Assembly: GCF_009914755.1 (NCBI RefSeq)
Contig: NC_060925.1
Strand: one strand, 5' to 3'
Origin: the human T2T-CHM13v2.0 reference genome, Homo sapiens
Length of the DNA stretch: 64,000 bases
Shown here piece by piece: positions 39,701 through 53,660 of this stretch. How positions within the stretch are numbered: the first letter of the stretch is position 1; each line of letters starts with the position of its first letter. A model generated the notes under the pieces. That model ran no database searches and was not told the origin of the DNA. It saw only the letters and a program-made list of their open reading frames with translations. The translations under genes were made by a program, and so were the position numbers.

Positions 39701-42700
39701 AATTATCTTGTTACTGCCTAAAATCTTTCAGTGGATGTCCGTTTTATATGAAATAAAGTCTGAACTCATTTCAAAGTGATACCAGGCCCTTCCTCCCAAG
39801 GTTCTTGCATAATATAGAGTCTCATCTCTTGCTGTGTCCACACAGTTATTCAAAATCCTATTATACTAAAATATAAGCAATTCTCCCAATGAGCCTTAGG
39901 GTTTCAGGGTTCCAGGCCTTGACTCATCTGAGTTCACAGTTGAATTATTTCAGGGTCTGGTTAGTCATGCTGTCCCTGCACTAAGGGCCAGATGAGAAAG
40001 GGCTTGTGGGAGCTCTTTGTTACCTACAGATCTAAAGAGAGTGGGTGTGCTGAAATGTAGGCCAACCTTTAAAAACAGAAACCTAAAATGTTTCTGGACC
40101 ATTTTATATACCCTAGGTCTTGCCAATTCTGTCTCTTTCCAGCTGAAGTTCTCTAAAGCTCCCCTGCCCTCTACTCTCATACCCTACTTGGTGCTCAGGT
40201 CTTTTTCTGTGGATGCAAATGACTCTAGCTGTTTTCTAGCCCTGCCTATATTTGCATCACAAGGTTCTAACTGGAATCTTAGGATGCAAGTGTCACCCAC
40301 TTTTATCACCCCATCTTGACTACTTTCCTGTCTTCATGACTACTTGATGGAAGCAGTATAGATAGGCCACTTTATTCCCCATTAAATGTGTGGGTGCTTG
40401 GAAATGAGAAGGTGTGCTTTCCAAGAGAAGAGATCGAGTGAGCTTTCTGCAAATCCCTTATAGCTAGTGAGTTCATTTGACGTTCCCTGCGCTGTGTAGG
40501 CTAAAGCTGGCACATAGCAGTACCAGCATTTCCTCTGCTGCTAGCATGCAATTAAAAGCTTTGTAAAGCATTTGGGAATATTTAGTTATGGGAAAAAATT
40601 ACAAAAATGAAGGTTGCTTTTGTCTTTGTTCTTTAATCTAAGGTAGCTTGTTCCCTACCTTCATTTGGTAATCTTTCTTTCAAGTATTTATTGATCCCTA
40701 AGAAGCCTGAGTTGGACATTCAGGCAGGGAGATTTTGTTTTTCAGATTGGGAAATCTCTAATTATTGTATCAGCTGCAAGTGGAGCAATGGCTATTCATT
40801 ATCCCATTTCTCGTTTCTGTTCTCTGATATTATCTGGTAGATCAGTAACAGGCTGCAGTTTTAGGTGAACTTAATTTCTAGCTGACTCTGCCTTTCCGAA
40901 CCCCTCTTCACCTGCCCCTTTCTCTGAGCCAACTGTGGCAAAGTCAGAGACTATGTAAGAAACTCTATGTTTATCATGTGATGGGCTTTGGATTGTGTAA
41001 TAAATAGGCCCAGTGTCTGGTGTGCCAATAGATACCCATTTGGTTAAGATCAAGTAGATTCCAAGTCACAGTTTTCTCTGCTCCCTGACTCCTACAGCAT
41101 GTTGACACTTACTTCCAGAGGACAAGGCAGGCCTGTTCCATTTGCCTGATAAGACAATGATCTTTCCTGAAACCAACACGGCTGTGAAACCTGTGCAGCT
41201 CTTACCAGGTGATTATTTTCCTCTCTTTGATGTCTCCTTGATTTTCTACCAAAGGCTGTAAGATACATGACATTGTCCTGAGACCAACAACTAGATTATA
41301 TTAGTTAACAGCCCTTCACATTGCCACACAGGCCAGATTTGACATTCTTGTCTCCATGTTCCCCAAGCAAAGGTGCTGACATCTGCCCAAACCGTGCCAG
41401 GGCTTGCATGTTGACTAGACTCAGTGTCACAGAGCCAGGCCCTGTCTCCTTTAATTCTAATGTCTTTCCTCAACTCATTGTCCTTGTTGCCAAGGCTTAA
41501 GCCTTGGCATATGCCATATAGTCCATATGCCATATAGTGAGGCCACTCCAGTTATGATAGGTATCACCTCAGAATAGTCATCTATTTTTTTCCATGGACA
41601 AATATATTCCTTTTTATATGTCATTTTCATGTTTAGTATTAAAAATACTAGCAGAGTGTTCCTCAAATTTGAAGACTTGAACATATTTATAACTGTGTTC
41701 AAAAATACTTTGAATTCTACTCATTATTTATTATCTTGTTGATTATTTTGTTGAAAAGACTAAGAGGCTACATATATATATATTTATACATATGTAATTA
41801 AGTACATATACATATTTAAGGCATATAGTACACAAATATATATAACATAAATATAATATATTTATACTATAATATTACCAATACAGGTAAGAACCTTCAT
41901 TTTCACAAATTTTTAGTAAAGGAGAAGAACATAATTCAGTGTTAAATACACAGTAATATTATTTCATAAAAATTTTGGCTATTTCTTCAATTAAAAGACT
42001 ATAATATTGAAAGCTTGACTTCAACACAGTATATATGAAATATAAAGTACAGCCAAAAATGTTTCAGTAATTCAAAGAAAAGAAAGCAATAGGACTAGCC
42101 TTTGCTTTACCACAGGAGACACAGACAAAATTTGTAGCCATGCTTAATTATATCCTTTGCATCAACTCAGCCTAGATTACATAATGAGAGTGATGCTCCC
42201 AACAGACAGACTATTTCATCTGGAAATAATAGTCTTCTATTCCACTACGTAAGAGGTATATCAGCTACCTGCTTATCTAGAAGGGCAAAGATTACCTCCA
42301 TTTGCCAGTAGTCATAGGCCCACTACATTCTAAAAAATCAGATTGGAATTTTTTAAAGAACACTTTAGGTTTCAGTTGTTATCCTGGATAGTACATTATG
42401 TGTCATTTGGTGCAACAAAAAGATGACACTGTTCCCAAAACACACCTGAAATGGAGTTAATAAGGGAAGATGTTCAAAGTCATTATTTAATAACATGCTC
42501 CCTGGTAAAATGGCTAAACACACACACACATGCTTTTCTTGAAGTATAATTAGCCTTTTTAGACTACAATATCAGAGATGTTGTGTGGATGTAAGACACT
42601 GAACTTCTCTGAATCTCAGTTTCGACGTCTGTAATAAGGGGATTATAATGCCCATTTATTCACATAGCTATTATGCCAGTGGAGAACATATTAAAAACTT

Positions 42701-42966
42701 ATAATGGCCTTTATAGGGCTACTAATAAGAATGTGACAGATAACAATCATTAAATAACTTTTATCTACTTCCCTATTCTCTTGCATATGAAATTTGAAGG
42801 GCTCTTGACAGTAGTTCTTTCTACAAGCAGACAGTGTCCCAAGGACAAGTCTGGTTTTGGTGGACATACCACTCTATTAACTTAGTCATCTAAATTAATC
42901 CTCCAGCCTGAATTGGCTTAAAACAATCTTGGCTGCTTTCACATTAGCTAATATGTTATATTATGC

Positions 42967-42967
<1 letters not shown>

Positions 42968-42998
<31 letters not shown>
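42968..42998. repeat. (TAA)n microsatellite at a MIR end
   Basis: About 10 TAA units directly visible. Confidence 0.9.
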
Positions 42999-43000
<2 letters not shown>

Positions 43001-44739
43001 GTTTTCATCTATTGATAATTGTGCATTATCTCTATACCTAAAAGCATTCCCAAAGGGTGAAAATTTATTCCCTTCATTTTGCAAATGAAAACTTTTAGGC
43101 ACCATTAGATTAGAAGGCATATCCAAGCCTCTACCACTAGCACATGCCAAAGCTGGTAACCAAGCAGCTGTGCTGGCACTCAAGCATGGGCATTTCCATG
43201 ACACCCCATGGCCTCTCTTTTGTTTTCTCATCTATCTACCTCAGCAGTCTATGAGACAGAACCTGCATTATATTCATGCTATTATCTTTACTGCAAGATA
43301 CAATTCCAAGTGTAGAGTAAATCCTAAATAATTTCATGAAGGAAGAAAGTATTATTAAGCTCACCTAATCATGTCATTCATTTAAGCTTAATACATACCT
43401 TCAAAGATATTACAATAGGCCTATAAAATTCTCATTAGAAAACTATAATCCCAACAAGAAAGATTATTGTAGTTATAGTTACCTAAAATAAGTTCTAGGC
43501 TGTTCTCCTCAAGGAACTTGCAATATATTGGGAGACTCCATATGTATAATACTAAAGTATTCCAAAACTGAATATATTAAGCTAAGAGTGATGTAAAATG
43601 CTTTGGTTATGCATTGGATTCTGCTTTGGCTGATCAGAAAAGTACCCACAGGGAGGTGATATCTGACTTAGACTTTAAATGATGAGCACAATTTCAGTAG
43701 GTGACCATAGGACAAATGGCATTTTGAGCAGGGAGAGATGTATTAGCAAAACCAAAAGAGTAATTTGTATGCATGACAATTGTACTTAGAGCTAATTTAG
43801 GCTGAATCACAGACCTTCAAAAACTCCAGAAATGACTTAAGTTTGCTTCATTGAAAGCCAAACTAACCACAAAACTGAGCATTTATAATTCATGTTTAAG
43901 AGTAAGAAACAGTGGCTAACTTTTATCAAAAAGTTTACCTTTATCTCTGTCCTAGCAAGGCATGGCAGGGAAGAATCAGCTATTATCTTTGACTTGTATA
44001 GAACTAGCTGAGTGTGAATTAAATGAAAGAAGCAGTAAAAGATGAGCCCAAGGAGAAGGAAAGGAGCAAGATCAAAGAAATCCTTGAAGTGTTAATTGCA
44101 ATCATTGAAAAAGAGGTAACAAGAAGCTGAGAGTAAGATGATCTGCTATAAATAGCATTTGAATGCACAATATTGGAAGGTCAGCAGATGGGACTCTAAG
44201 AGGTAAAAATTACATATAAATTCAGACTAAGAAATAAGACTGTGATAAATTCAGAGAAACACGACATCAGATGAATTCAGAATTAAGAGAGAAATTTTTA
44301 CTTTGTGGGTTAAACCAGTTACGTAGAAAGAATATGGCTAAAACGAGCTCTCTGCAAAAGTAACTAAAGAATAAAATGGTTCCCCAAAGCAAGGAGAAAG
44401 GAGAATTTGTAGAAACAGAATCATAAGACCAGGATGTGATCCTAGGAAGGCAGGCCATAGTAAGGAAAATATATGAACTCTGGTATAAAGCATGTTGAAT
44501 TTTGCATATTCTCTGTAGGTAGCTCTTACTGACTGTGTTACCTTAGACAAGTCACTTCACTTCCCTGAATATCCATTACTGCATCTGTATAGTTGCTGTA
44601 GTTACACCTGAGGAGGCAGGTGACCAGAGCGAGACTGCCTGGGTTCAATTTCAAGCTCTATGATTTACCATCTGTGAACCCTGAGCGAGGCAATTAATCA
44701 CCTTGTGTCATTTTTTTTTCATCTGTAAAATGTAAATGA

Positions 44740-45230
44740 TTTCCTATATGTCACATCGTTCATAAAAATCATTTCCAGGGGGTGAAAGTCAAAACTATAA
44801 AGCCTTTTGAAAGCAATATGGAATATCATCATTAAAAACTCAAGAATGAGTAGGATTTTTTTCAATGAGAAACATAGGCTATAAATCACAAAGAGAAAAA
44901 CTGATAAATTTGACTGCATTAAAATTAATTACAAAGGATACAGTGAACAGAAAAAAGCCATAAAATGGGAGAAGATATCAGCAATTCATAGAAAACATGA
45001 AATCCTGTATTGCTGTTCAGGATAAAGTTAAAAAAAAAGAAAACCTTAGGGAAGAAAGAAGTTATTAACACATTCAAAATAATGGTTCAGTAAGATGGGA
45101 CAGGAGAGGAAGGTGATGTGTGTTTTATTTCTTAAGAGGGATAGTGAATACTTAGGTGTTCATTTTATCATTATTCACATTTTATACATTCTTCTGTGAA
45201 GAGTACTCATTTCTCAGTGTATCTTTAAAA
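44740..45230 (+). mobile_element. L1ME-type fragment inserted in a MIR (MIR pieces ~44610-44735 and ~45230-45340)
   Basis: GATAAATTTGACTGCATTAAAATTAA...AAATGGGAGAAGATAT; MIR resumes AAGTACCTACTTCATAAGGTTGTTGTGA. Confidence 0.65.
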
Positions 45231-46994
45231 ATGCAGATTGTAATAAGTACCTACTTCATAAGGTTGTTGTGAAAAGAGATAAGTGAGTTCCTTATGCCTG
45301 CAACATAGTAGGTATTTAAAAGTGTTAACTGTTATTATATTAAGACAATAATAACATTGTAGAAACTTAATAGAAGGTAGCTATTATTTTTAAGCTATTG
45401 TCTCATGAAAGAATATGTTAACAGAGAGAAAGTGGTCTGCATTCCACCAGAATACAAGAAAACCATCCAAGGGAAGGCCTGAAACTCACTTGGCATGTTT
45501 GACCCAACAGTGGAGGTGTTTATCACAGTATTAAAGGTCTATTATACTGGCCTTAACAATACCCCTTGCGGTCATGTTAAGTTCACATAATGACCCTATA
45601 GTTTCTCATATGGCTGTTCTCAGAAGAACAGAATGTGTAAATCAAATATTCTGCTCCTTTGGTGAATTTTATCTCATTTTATTTATTAATAGAAAAACAT
45701 TTTTCTTTCAGTCTCTTGTGAGTAGAAGTCTTAGCTTCCTCACTTCAGAGAGCATCAATCAGAGTGTGTTTCTAGACTGATGAAGCAGAGGACTTCGGTC
45801 ATGATCCAGCCTCAGGATAAAGCTTTGCCTGATCAGCCCAGCAGGCCCATCTCTGATCAGTCTCTAACTACAAAAAAATTGAAGAAAAAAAGTTTTGATA
45901 AGAGATTATGTTTAGGGTTCTTGTTAATGATATATGTCATCTCTTGAGATCATTTCAGTGTACTAGAATGGCCACCAGGCATTCTTTCTTGTGAAGAGCT
46001 CTCAAGTATTACTCAGAGAATGTAAGTGAGTTAACCACATAATGTAAGCAAGTTACATGCGTTGACTGCACCTGACCTAATGAGAACGATGCTCCCAACA
46101 GACTATTTCATCTAGTCATAATATTCTAGATTGTTGGAAATACTCTTATAGATTATTAACCACAGGAAAAGGGAAGGCCTGTGATAGCAAGTGGGTCCTG
46201 AAATGACGGAAAAGCACTAATCACCAAACCAAAGAAAGGAGTAGTTTTTTCATATGTTCGTTTTAGAAAGACATAAAATATCAGGAGAAAAGCCACAGCT
46301 ATTATAAGAAGAGAATGAACACTAGGCTTGGACCAGAAATGCAAGAGAGAGAAGATTGCCTAGAGAGCATAGTACTTGCTCTGTGTACAACTTAGAGCAT
46401 GAAACATGGAGTAAATCTACCTACTTCTGGGCTTTAGGTTTAGAAATAAACAAATGTTCAGAGGAACTACACATTTAGGTATCATTTGTACATGAATGGG
46501 ATTACAGAATCCGGATTTGAATATCTATGCTCATATGTTGGTCAGTATTATAAAAAATGTGAAGTAATCCCCAAGGAAAGTGATACAGTTTATGTAAACA
46601 GATACTGTAGTAAAGCAAGAAACATTGTGTTTTCTGACCATAATATGATAGTAGTTGAAATTTATTTCAAAAGCTGGAAAATTTGACAGAGATAAATACA
46701 AGGAGATCAAATTCCCATTAGAACAGATAAATTGTTCTTAATAGCAAGCAGGTTGATAAATAGGAAAGAAGATTCTCTCTCCATTCAAAATATCCAGGAG
46801 TGGTAATACTTGGTGATAAATGATGTAAAAAAAAACTTGCAGAAGTAATAAGCCCCAAACTCTAAACATTTAAGCAGAAATTATGGGGGTCCTCCCATTA
46901 ATTTTAATTATGAAGAAATTGGAGTGAAAGTTATACACAGCACCAAAAGTAAATGAGGCAAGTATGATAACTCCAAGTTGATGAGGAAAAAGAG

Positions 46995-46996
<2 letters not shown>

Positions 46997-47028
<32 letters not shown>

Positions 47029-47055
47029 CATAGATACATAGATACATAGATAGAT
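46997..47055. repeat. Compound STR (GATA)8(CATAGATA)3
   Basis: Directly visible. Confidence 0.95.
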
Positions 47056-47260
47056 GTACAGATACTAACAGAACCTTCATAGGGCATACAAGAGAACAAA
47101 CATAAAAAGAACATGTTAAAAAATAATGGATTAGAGAACAGTTTATTTTGGAATAGTTTTAGAAGACAAAGCACACAGAAAGAATCATTTATTCATTCCT
47201 TCATTGTTAGATAGTCATTTTACAAAAGCAGGATGAATCCACACCCAAATTTGCTTTGGA

Positions 47261-47277
47261 TGTCAAGACCGATGGTG

Positions 47278-47311
<34 letters not shown>

Positions 47312-47570
47312 AAGAGAATATGAATAGATTTATTACTTATATAATAAGGTTTTTTTGAGAGAGCAGGGTAGACTTCCCAAGCTGGCCCACAATTGGCTTC
47401 ACAGAACAAGAAAAGGAGACTGGCTTGGAGTTTTAAATTGTGGTTACGCTTGGGGCTGGGGCAAAGATCTTGATTTGAATGTTTTACCTGCATCAAAGGA
47501 GAGAGCAGCTGAGCTTCCTAATTAGTTTGCCCAGATATTTGGGAGAGGGTGATGGGCCCTAGATGTGCAG
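47261..47570 (-). mobile_element. ERVL-class LTR fragment (MER74/MER73-like) containing (AC)16 at 47279-47310
   Basis: TGTCAAGACC start, AGATTTATTACT (AATAAA on minus strand), GAGAGCAGGG...CCCAAGCTGG; family recalled from memory. Confidence 0.5.
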
Positions 47571-47599
47571 CATGGAATGAAGCTGATATATTTTTCTGA

Positions 47600-48070
47600 C
47601 TGCAACAGGAAGGTATTGGAGCATTGGGAGATTTTGAGCAATCAGAATATGATCTGATTTACATGTTTAAAAGCTGAATTCCTTTGCTTCTGTATTGAGA
47701 ATAAATGGAGGGAACAAGATTAAAAGCAGAGACATTAACTGGAAGGATTCTGAAGCAATCCAGGTTGTTTTTACTTGGCAAGTAGCAATGAAGGTGGTAG
47801 CAAGAGGTTAAATTTAAAATATATTTTAAGAATAAAACTGACTTGACTTGGTGACAGATTGCATTTAAAGTATGGGGGAAAAAAAGGAGCATAGAATGAT
47901 TCCTAAGTGTAAGCTTTGGTCAAGTAGGTGAATGGTGGTTCCATTTAATGAAATGGAGAAGACGGCGGTTGGAAGCAACAGGAGAAGTTGTGTTGGGACA
48001 TGTTAAGTTTCAGATACCAGTGAGACATCTAAGTGGGGAAGTCAGTTACGTATTTTGGTATACCAGAGGC
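47600..48070 (-). mobile_element. L2 LINE fragment
   Basis: GATTTTGAGCA...ATGATCTGATTTACATGTTTAAAAG...GGACATGTTAAGTTTCAGATACCAGTGAGACATCTAAGTGG. Confidence 0.8.
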
Positions 48071-48202
48071 AATACACTAAGAATTCCATACATTTTAATG
48101 TCATCATTGGGTAAAGACCAATCAAAAATTATGATTTGTCAATACATGTAAAAAACACAATGTTTTCTCATGTGTGTAAGCTGTTTGAATGTCTTCTTTT
48201 GA

Positions 48203-48525
<323 letters not shown>

Positions 48526-48565
<40 letters not shown>

Positions 48566-48846
48566 TTGAGATGGAGTCTCACTCTGTCACCAGGTTGGAG
48601 TGCAGTGGTGCAATCTCGGCCCACTGCAACCTCTGACTCCCTAGTTCAATCTATTCTCCTGCCTCAGCCTCCCGAGTAGCTGGGATTACAGGCATGTGCC
48701 ACCAGGCCCAGCTAATTTTTATATTTTTAGTAGAGACGGGGTTTCACTATGTTGGCCAGGATGGTCTCAGTCTCCTGACCTCTTGACCCGTCCGCCTCGG
48801 CCTCCCAAAGTGCTGGGATTACAGGTGTGAGCCAACACGCCCAGCC
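48526..48846 (-). mobile_element. AluSc/Sg with (TTA)n tail
   Basis: Full dimer; tail converted to about 13 TTA units. Confidence 0.92.
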
Positions 48847-50739
48847 AAGGTTATTTATTTTTTGCTTGTTGATTTAAGTTCCTTATAGATTCTGGGTATT
48901 AGACATTTGTCAGATGCATAGTTTGTAAATATTTTCGGCTTTTCTGTAGGCTGTTTATTGTGTTGATAATTTCTTTTGCTGTACAGAACATCTTTAGTTG
49001 GCCCCACTTATCAATTTTTGTTTTTGTTGCAGTTGCTTTTGAGGACTTAGCCAAAGATTCTTTGCCAAGCCCAGTGTTGAGGAGGGTGTTTTCTAGGTTT
49101 TCTTTTAGGATTTTTATAGTTTGAGTCTTATGTTTAAATCTTTAATTCATCTTGAGTTAATTTTTGTAAATGGTGAAAGGTAAGGGTCTAATGCTTATTA
49201 TCACTAATCAACAGAGAAATGCAAATCAACCACAATGAGATACCATCTCATACCAGTCAGAATGGTTATTATTAAAAAGTAAAAAACAACAGATGCTGGT
49301 GAGGATGTGGAAAAAAGAGAACACTCATACATTGTTAGTGGGAATGTAAATTAGTTCAGCCACTGTGGAAAGCAATTTGGAGATTTCTCAAATAACTTAA
49401 CGCAGCAATCTCATTACTGGGTATATACCCAAAGGAAAATAGATCGTTACACCAAAAAGATGCCTGCTCCTAAGTTTCTTGTCACACTATTCACAATAGC
49501 AAAGACTAGGTACCCATCAATGGGGAATTGGATAAAGAAAATGTGGCACATATTAGTATATATTATAGAGTACTACACAACCATAAGAAAAGAATGAAAT
49601 CATGTCCTTTGCAGCAACATAGATGGAGCTGCAGGCCATATCCTAAGTGAATTAAAAAAGGAACAGAAAACCAAATACTGCATGTTCTCACTTATAAGTG
49701 AGAGCTAAACATTGAGCACACATGGACATTAACAGGAACAAGAGACACTACAGACTGCTAGAGGCGGGAGGCAGGGATGACATGGGTTGAAAAACTACCT
49801 ATTGGGTACTATGCTCACTACCTTGATGCGATATACCCATGTGGCAAACCTGCACATATACCCCTTGTATCTAAAACTAAAGTTGAAATTAAAAACAAAA
49901 AAGTCAGGTACTTTAATTTACTTCAGCAACAGTAATCAACAAACATCATGAATTTGTTCAAAAGAAAGAATTCCTAGGATGAAGCTAAAATCCCTACTCA
50001 GGTTCATTAGCCAATAAGTGGAGGAAAAGCCTCTGTGATGCCACGCGATCTGATTGAGATCATTTCTGAGTTCTCTCAAACATCTGAGAACGGCTTTGAG
50101 CCAACTCTTGGCTGCACTTTTAACGGCATGTGGGTCAAAGATGTAATGACCAGCATGATGAAACAAGAGATGTCAATAATAGTATTCAAACAAAGGAAAA
50201 AAGAGAAGATTTTATAAAGTAGAGGCAAGAAGGCTTACTTACCATTGACTACATCATTTGGGGGTGGCATCTTGTTCACAGTCTGGCAAGACAACAGAAG
50301 ACAAGATGCTAAAGTTAACAGATAGCACAAACTTAAGGTAAGTGCATATAAATGTTAACAGAATACACTAGGAAGAATTTAGATTTTTTTGTTGGTGAAA
50401 CAAATTAGAATTTTTCCTGTTATGATTACATTATGCTGTTCAAAGGGAGAGGGAATGTGTGAGGATGTTACATTCAAGTGACTACATGTTCAAAGCTCTT
50501 GGGTACATAAAAATAAATTAGCTTGGGAAAGGACATAATGTTCAGGCTGCCCTTGAAAAATCTAAGATTGGCGAGTAGATGTTTTCACAGGAAAAGTTGT
50601 TCACCACTTGCTTTCCTATCCCCATGCCACTCTCCCCATGCTTGCAGACGTCTTCCAGTTGCAAAAATCAGGTTATTTCTCCCATTTCTCAAAAACTTTA
50701 TGAAAGCCCTCCATTATCTAACATCAAACGTTTTTTTCC

Positions 50740-51116
<377 letters not shown>

Positions 51117-51439
51117 TTATGTTCTGCCTCAATCTTTTAGAAAATATTTTGCTATAAAATTCTCATCCTTCACCATCCAGGCTAACTGCCTTCTCCTCTG
51201 TGAAGCTTTCCTTGATTATCCAGACACAGTGAGCCTTTGCTTGCTGTGCTTCTCTTCAATAACTAACTTTGACTTCGTGAGCAAGTACTATAGCTGTTAT
51301 ATAGTTGTTAATGTCTACTTTTCCAGTGACTATAAGCACCATGGGGCCAGACACCATGTTTCATTCCATGTTTTAGTTTTTTGTCAGCCCTTTGCAGAGT
51401 GCCATGGTAGTTATGTGCAAGAGCAGCTTAAAATAATGA

Positions 51440-51814
<375 letters not shown>

Positions 51815-52084
51815 TATCAGTAATTTTAACACAAAACCACAAGGGCTGAATTTTTTTTCTTAATTCAATTTTCCCTATTATCTAATTATGCATTGAAGTA
51901 TGATCCAGAAGTCTGGGGAAGACCTGGTCCTAATTCTTCCCAATTTATGTAGCATATTCAAAGGGTGAGCAGAACATAGGTGCCTACACATGGATCTAAA
52001 TATCCTTGAAAAAGCTTCTATTTCATTCTCTTTGTTCCACGGTCTGGTTGCAAGATCCAAAGATTTTAGATTTGAATACAGGGC

Positions 52085-52450
52085 ACTATGGTTTGAATAT
52101 GTCCTCCAAAGTTCATGAATTGGAAGCTTAATCCCCAATGCAACAGTTTTGAGGGCAGGGCCTTTCAAAGGTGATTAGATTCATGAGGAATCTGCCCTCA
52201 TGAATGGATTTATGTGATTATCACTGGAGTGGGTTTGTTGTAAAAGCAAGATAACCTCCCACCCCTTGCTCTCTTGAGCTCTCTTGTACTTCTGCCTTCC
52301 GCTATGGGATGACACAGCATGAAAAACTTTTGCCAGTTGTGGGTCCCTCCACCTTGGACTTCCAGCCTCCAGAACTGTAAGAAATCTCTCTTCTTTATAA
52401 ATTATCCAGTCTGTCTATTCTGATATAGCAGCACAAAATGCACTAAGACA
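52085..52450 (+). mobile_element. MST LTR (MSTC/MSTD-like, MaLR)
   Basis: CTATGGTTTGAATATGTCCTCCAAAGTTCATG...CCAGCCTCCAGAACTGTAAGAAAT...ACTAAGACA. Confidence 0.88.
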
Positions 52451-52775
52451 AGAGGGAATTTTCAAGGTGCAGCGCATCACATAACTAATGAGCATTTATA
52501 AAGTTCTTGATGTCTCCATACAAAGATGCTGTGAAAGAACAAATGATTTTTCTTCATAGCTTCACTTAATTTCTTTTCATTCATAGTTATTTGTGCGAAA
52601 GGTAACAGGCTTTATCTTTATTCTTACTCTCTAATAGTGTTCAGCTTTATTAAAACAAGCTGTTCTCCAGAAGAATAATTTTATGGGACTTTAGAACCCC
52701 ACATCACATAGAACTATAACAAAACAAATCTTTGATAAAATATAATTCTTATAATTTAAAAAAATAATTTTTTTA

Positions 52776-52907
52776 ACATGGATGAAGCTGGAATCCATCA
52801 TTCTGAGCAAACTATCACAAGGACAGAAAACCAAACACCGCATGTTCTCACTCATAGGTGGGAATTGCACAATGAGAACACTTGGACACAGGGTGGGGAA
52901 CATCACA
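52776..52907 (+). mobile_element. Isolated internal L1PA fragment, no tail or TSD
   Basis: ACATGGATGAAGCTGGA...CATGTTCTCACTCATAGGTGGGAATTG...GAACATCACA, flanked by AT-rich non-L1 sequence. Confidence 0.9.
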
Positions 52908-53235
52908 TTTCATTTTTATTGGCATTTCTGGAATAATTAGCCACATTGGAACATTTTGAATTTACTGGAATTTAATGGGTCTATCAAGTAACTGTATGGC
53001 AAATGGCCATTTTAAGGTAGACTTGGCAATTCCCCATTTTGCTTACATACATCGAGTCTATAAGCTGTAAGCTGCAGGTTTGATCCTCATTGCGAAGGCA
53101 GCTTAACTCCTGAAAAAGCTAAGAGGCAAGATTTTTTAAAGTGAAAAAATGAATAAATGAAAATAAATAAGTTAGCAAAGTGTTAATTGCAATGAAAAAT
53201 CTATAGGTATTACTGTGCTGTTAAGGTGAACATAT

Positions 53236-53660
53236 TGTTATGAGCTAAACTGTATCCCCTCAAAAATTATATAGTGAAGCCCTGACCTCTGGTATCTTAA
53301 AATGTGACTGTATTTAAAGATAGGGCCTTTAAGAGGTGATTAAGTTAAGTGAGGCCGTTAGAGTGGGCCCTAATGCAATCTGAATGGTGTCCTTATTAGA
53401 GAAAATTTGAACATGCACAGAAAGAGAGAGAGAGAGAGTGACTGGGGCTGTGCAAACACACAGAAGAAACACCAAGACTACATTAGGACAAAGGACAAGG
53501 TGGCCACCCACAAGCCAAAGAGAGAGGCCACAGAAGAAACAAAACATGCCAATACCTTGATCTTGTACTTCTAGCTTCCAGAACTGTGACAAAACATATT
53601 ACTTTTGTTTACGCCACCCAGTTGGGTATTTTATCATGATAACCCTAGCAAACCAGCACA
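53236..53660 (+). mobile_element. MLT1B LTR (MaLR)
   Basis: TGTTATGAGCTAAACTGT...GATAGGGCCTTTAAGAGGTGATTAAGTTAA...CCCTAGCAAAC. Confidence 0.88.
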
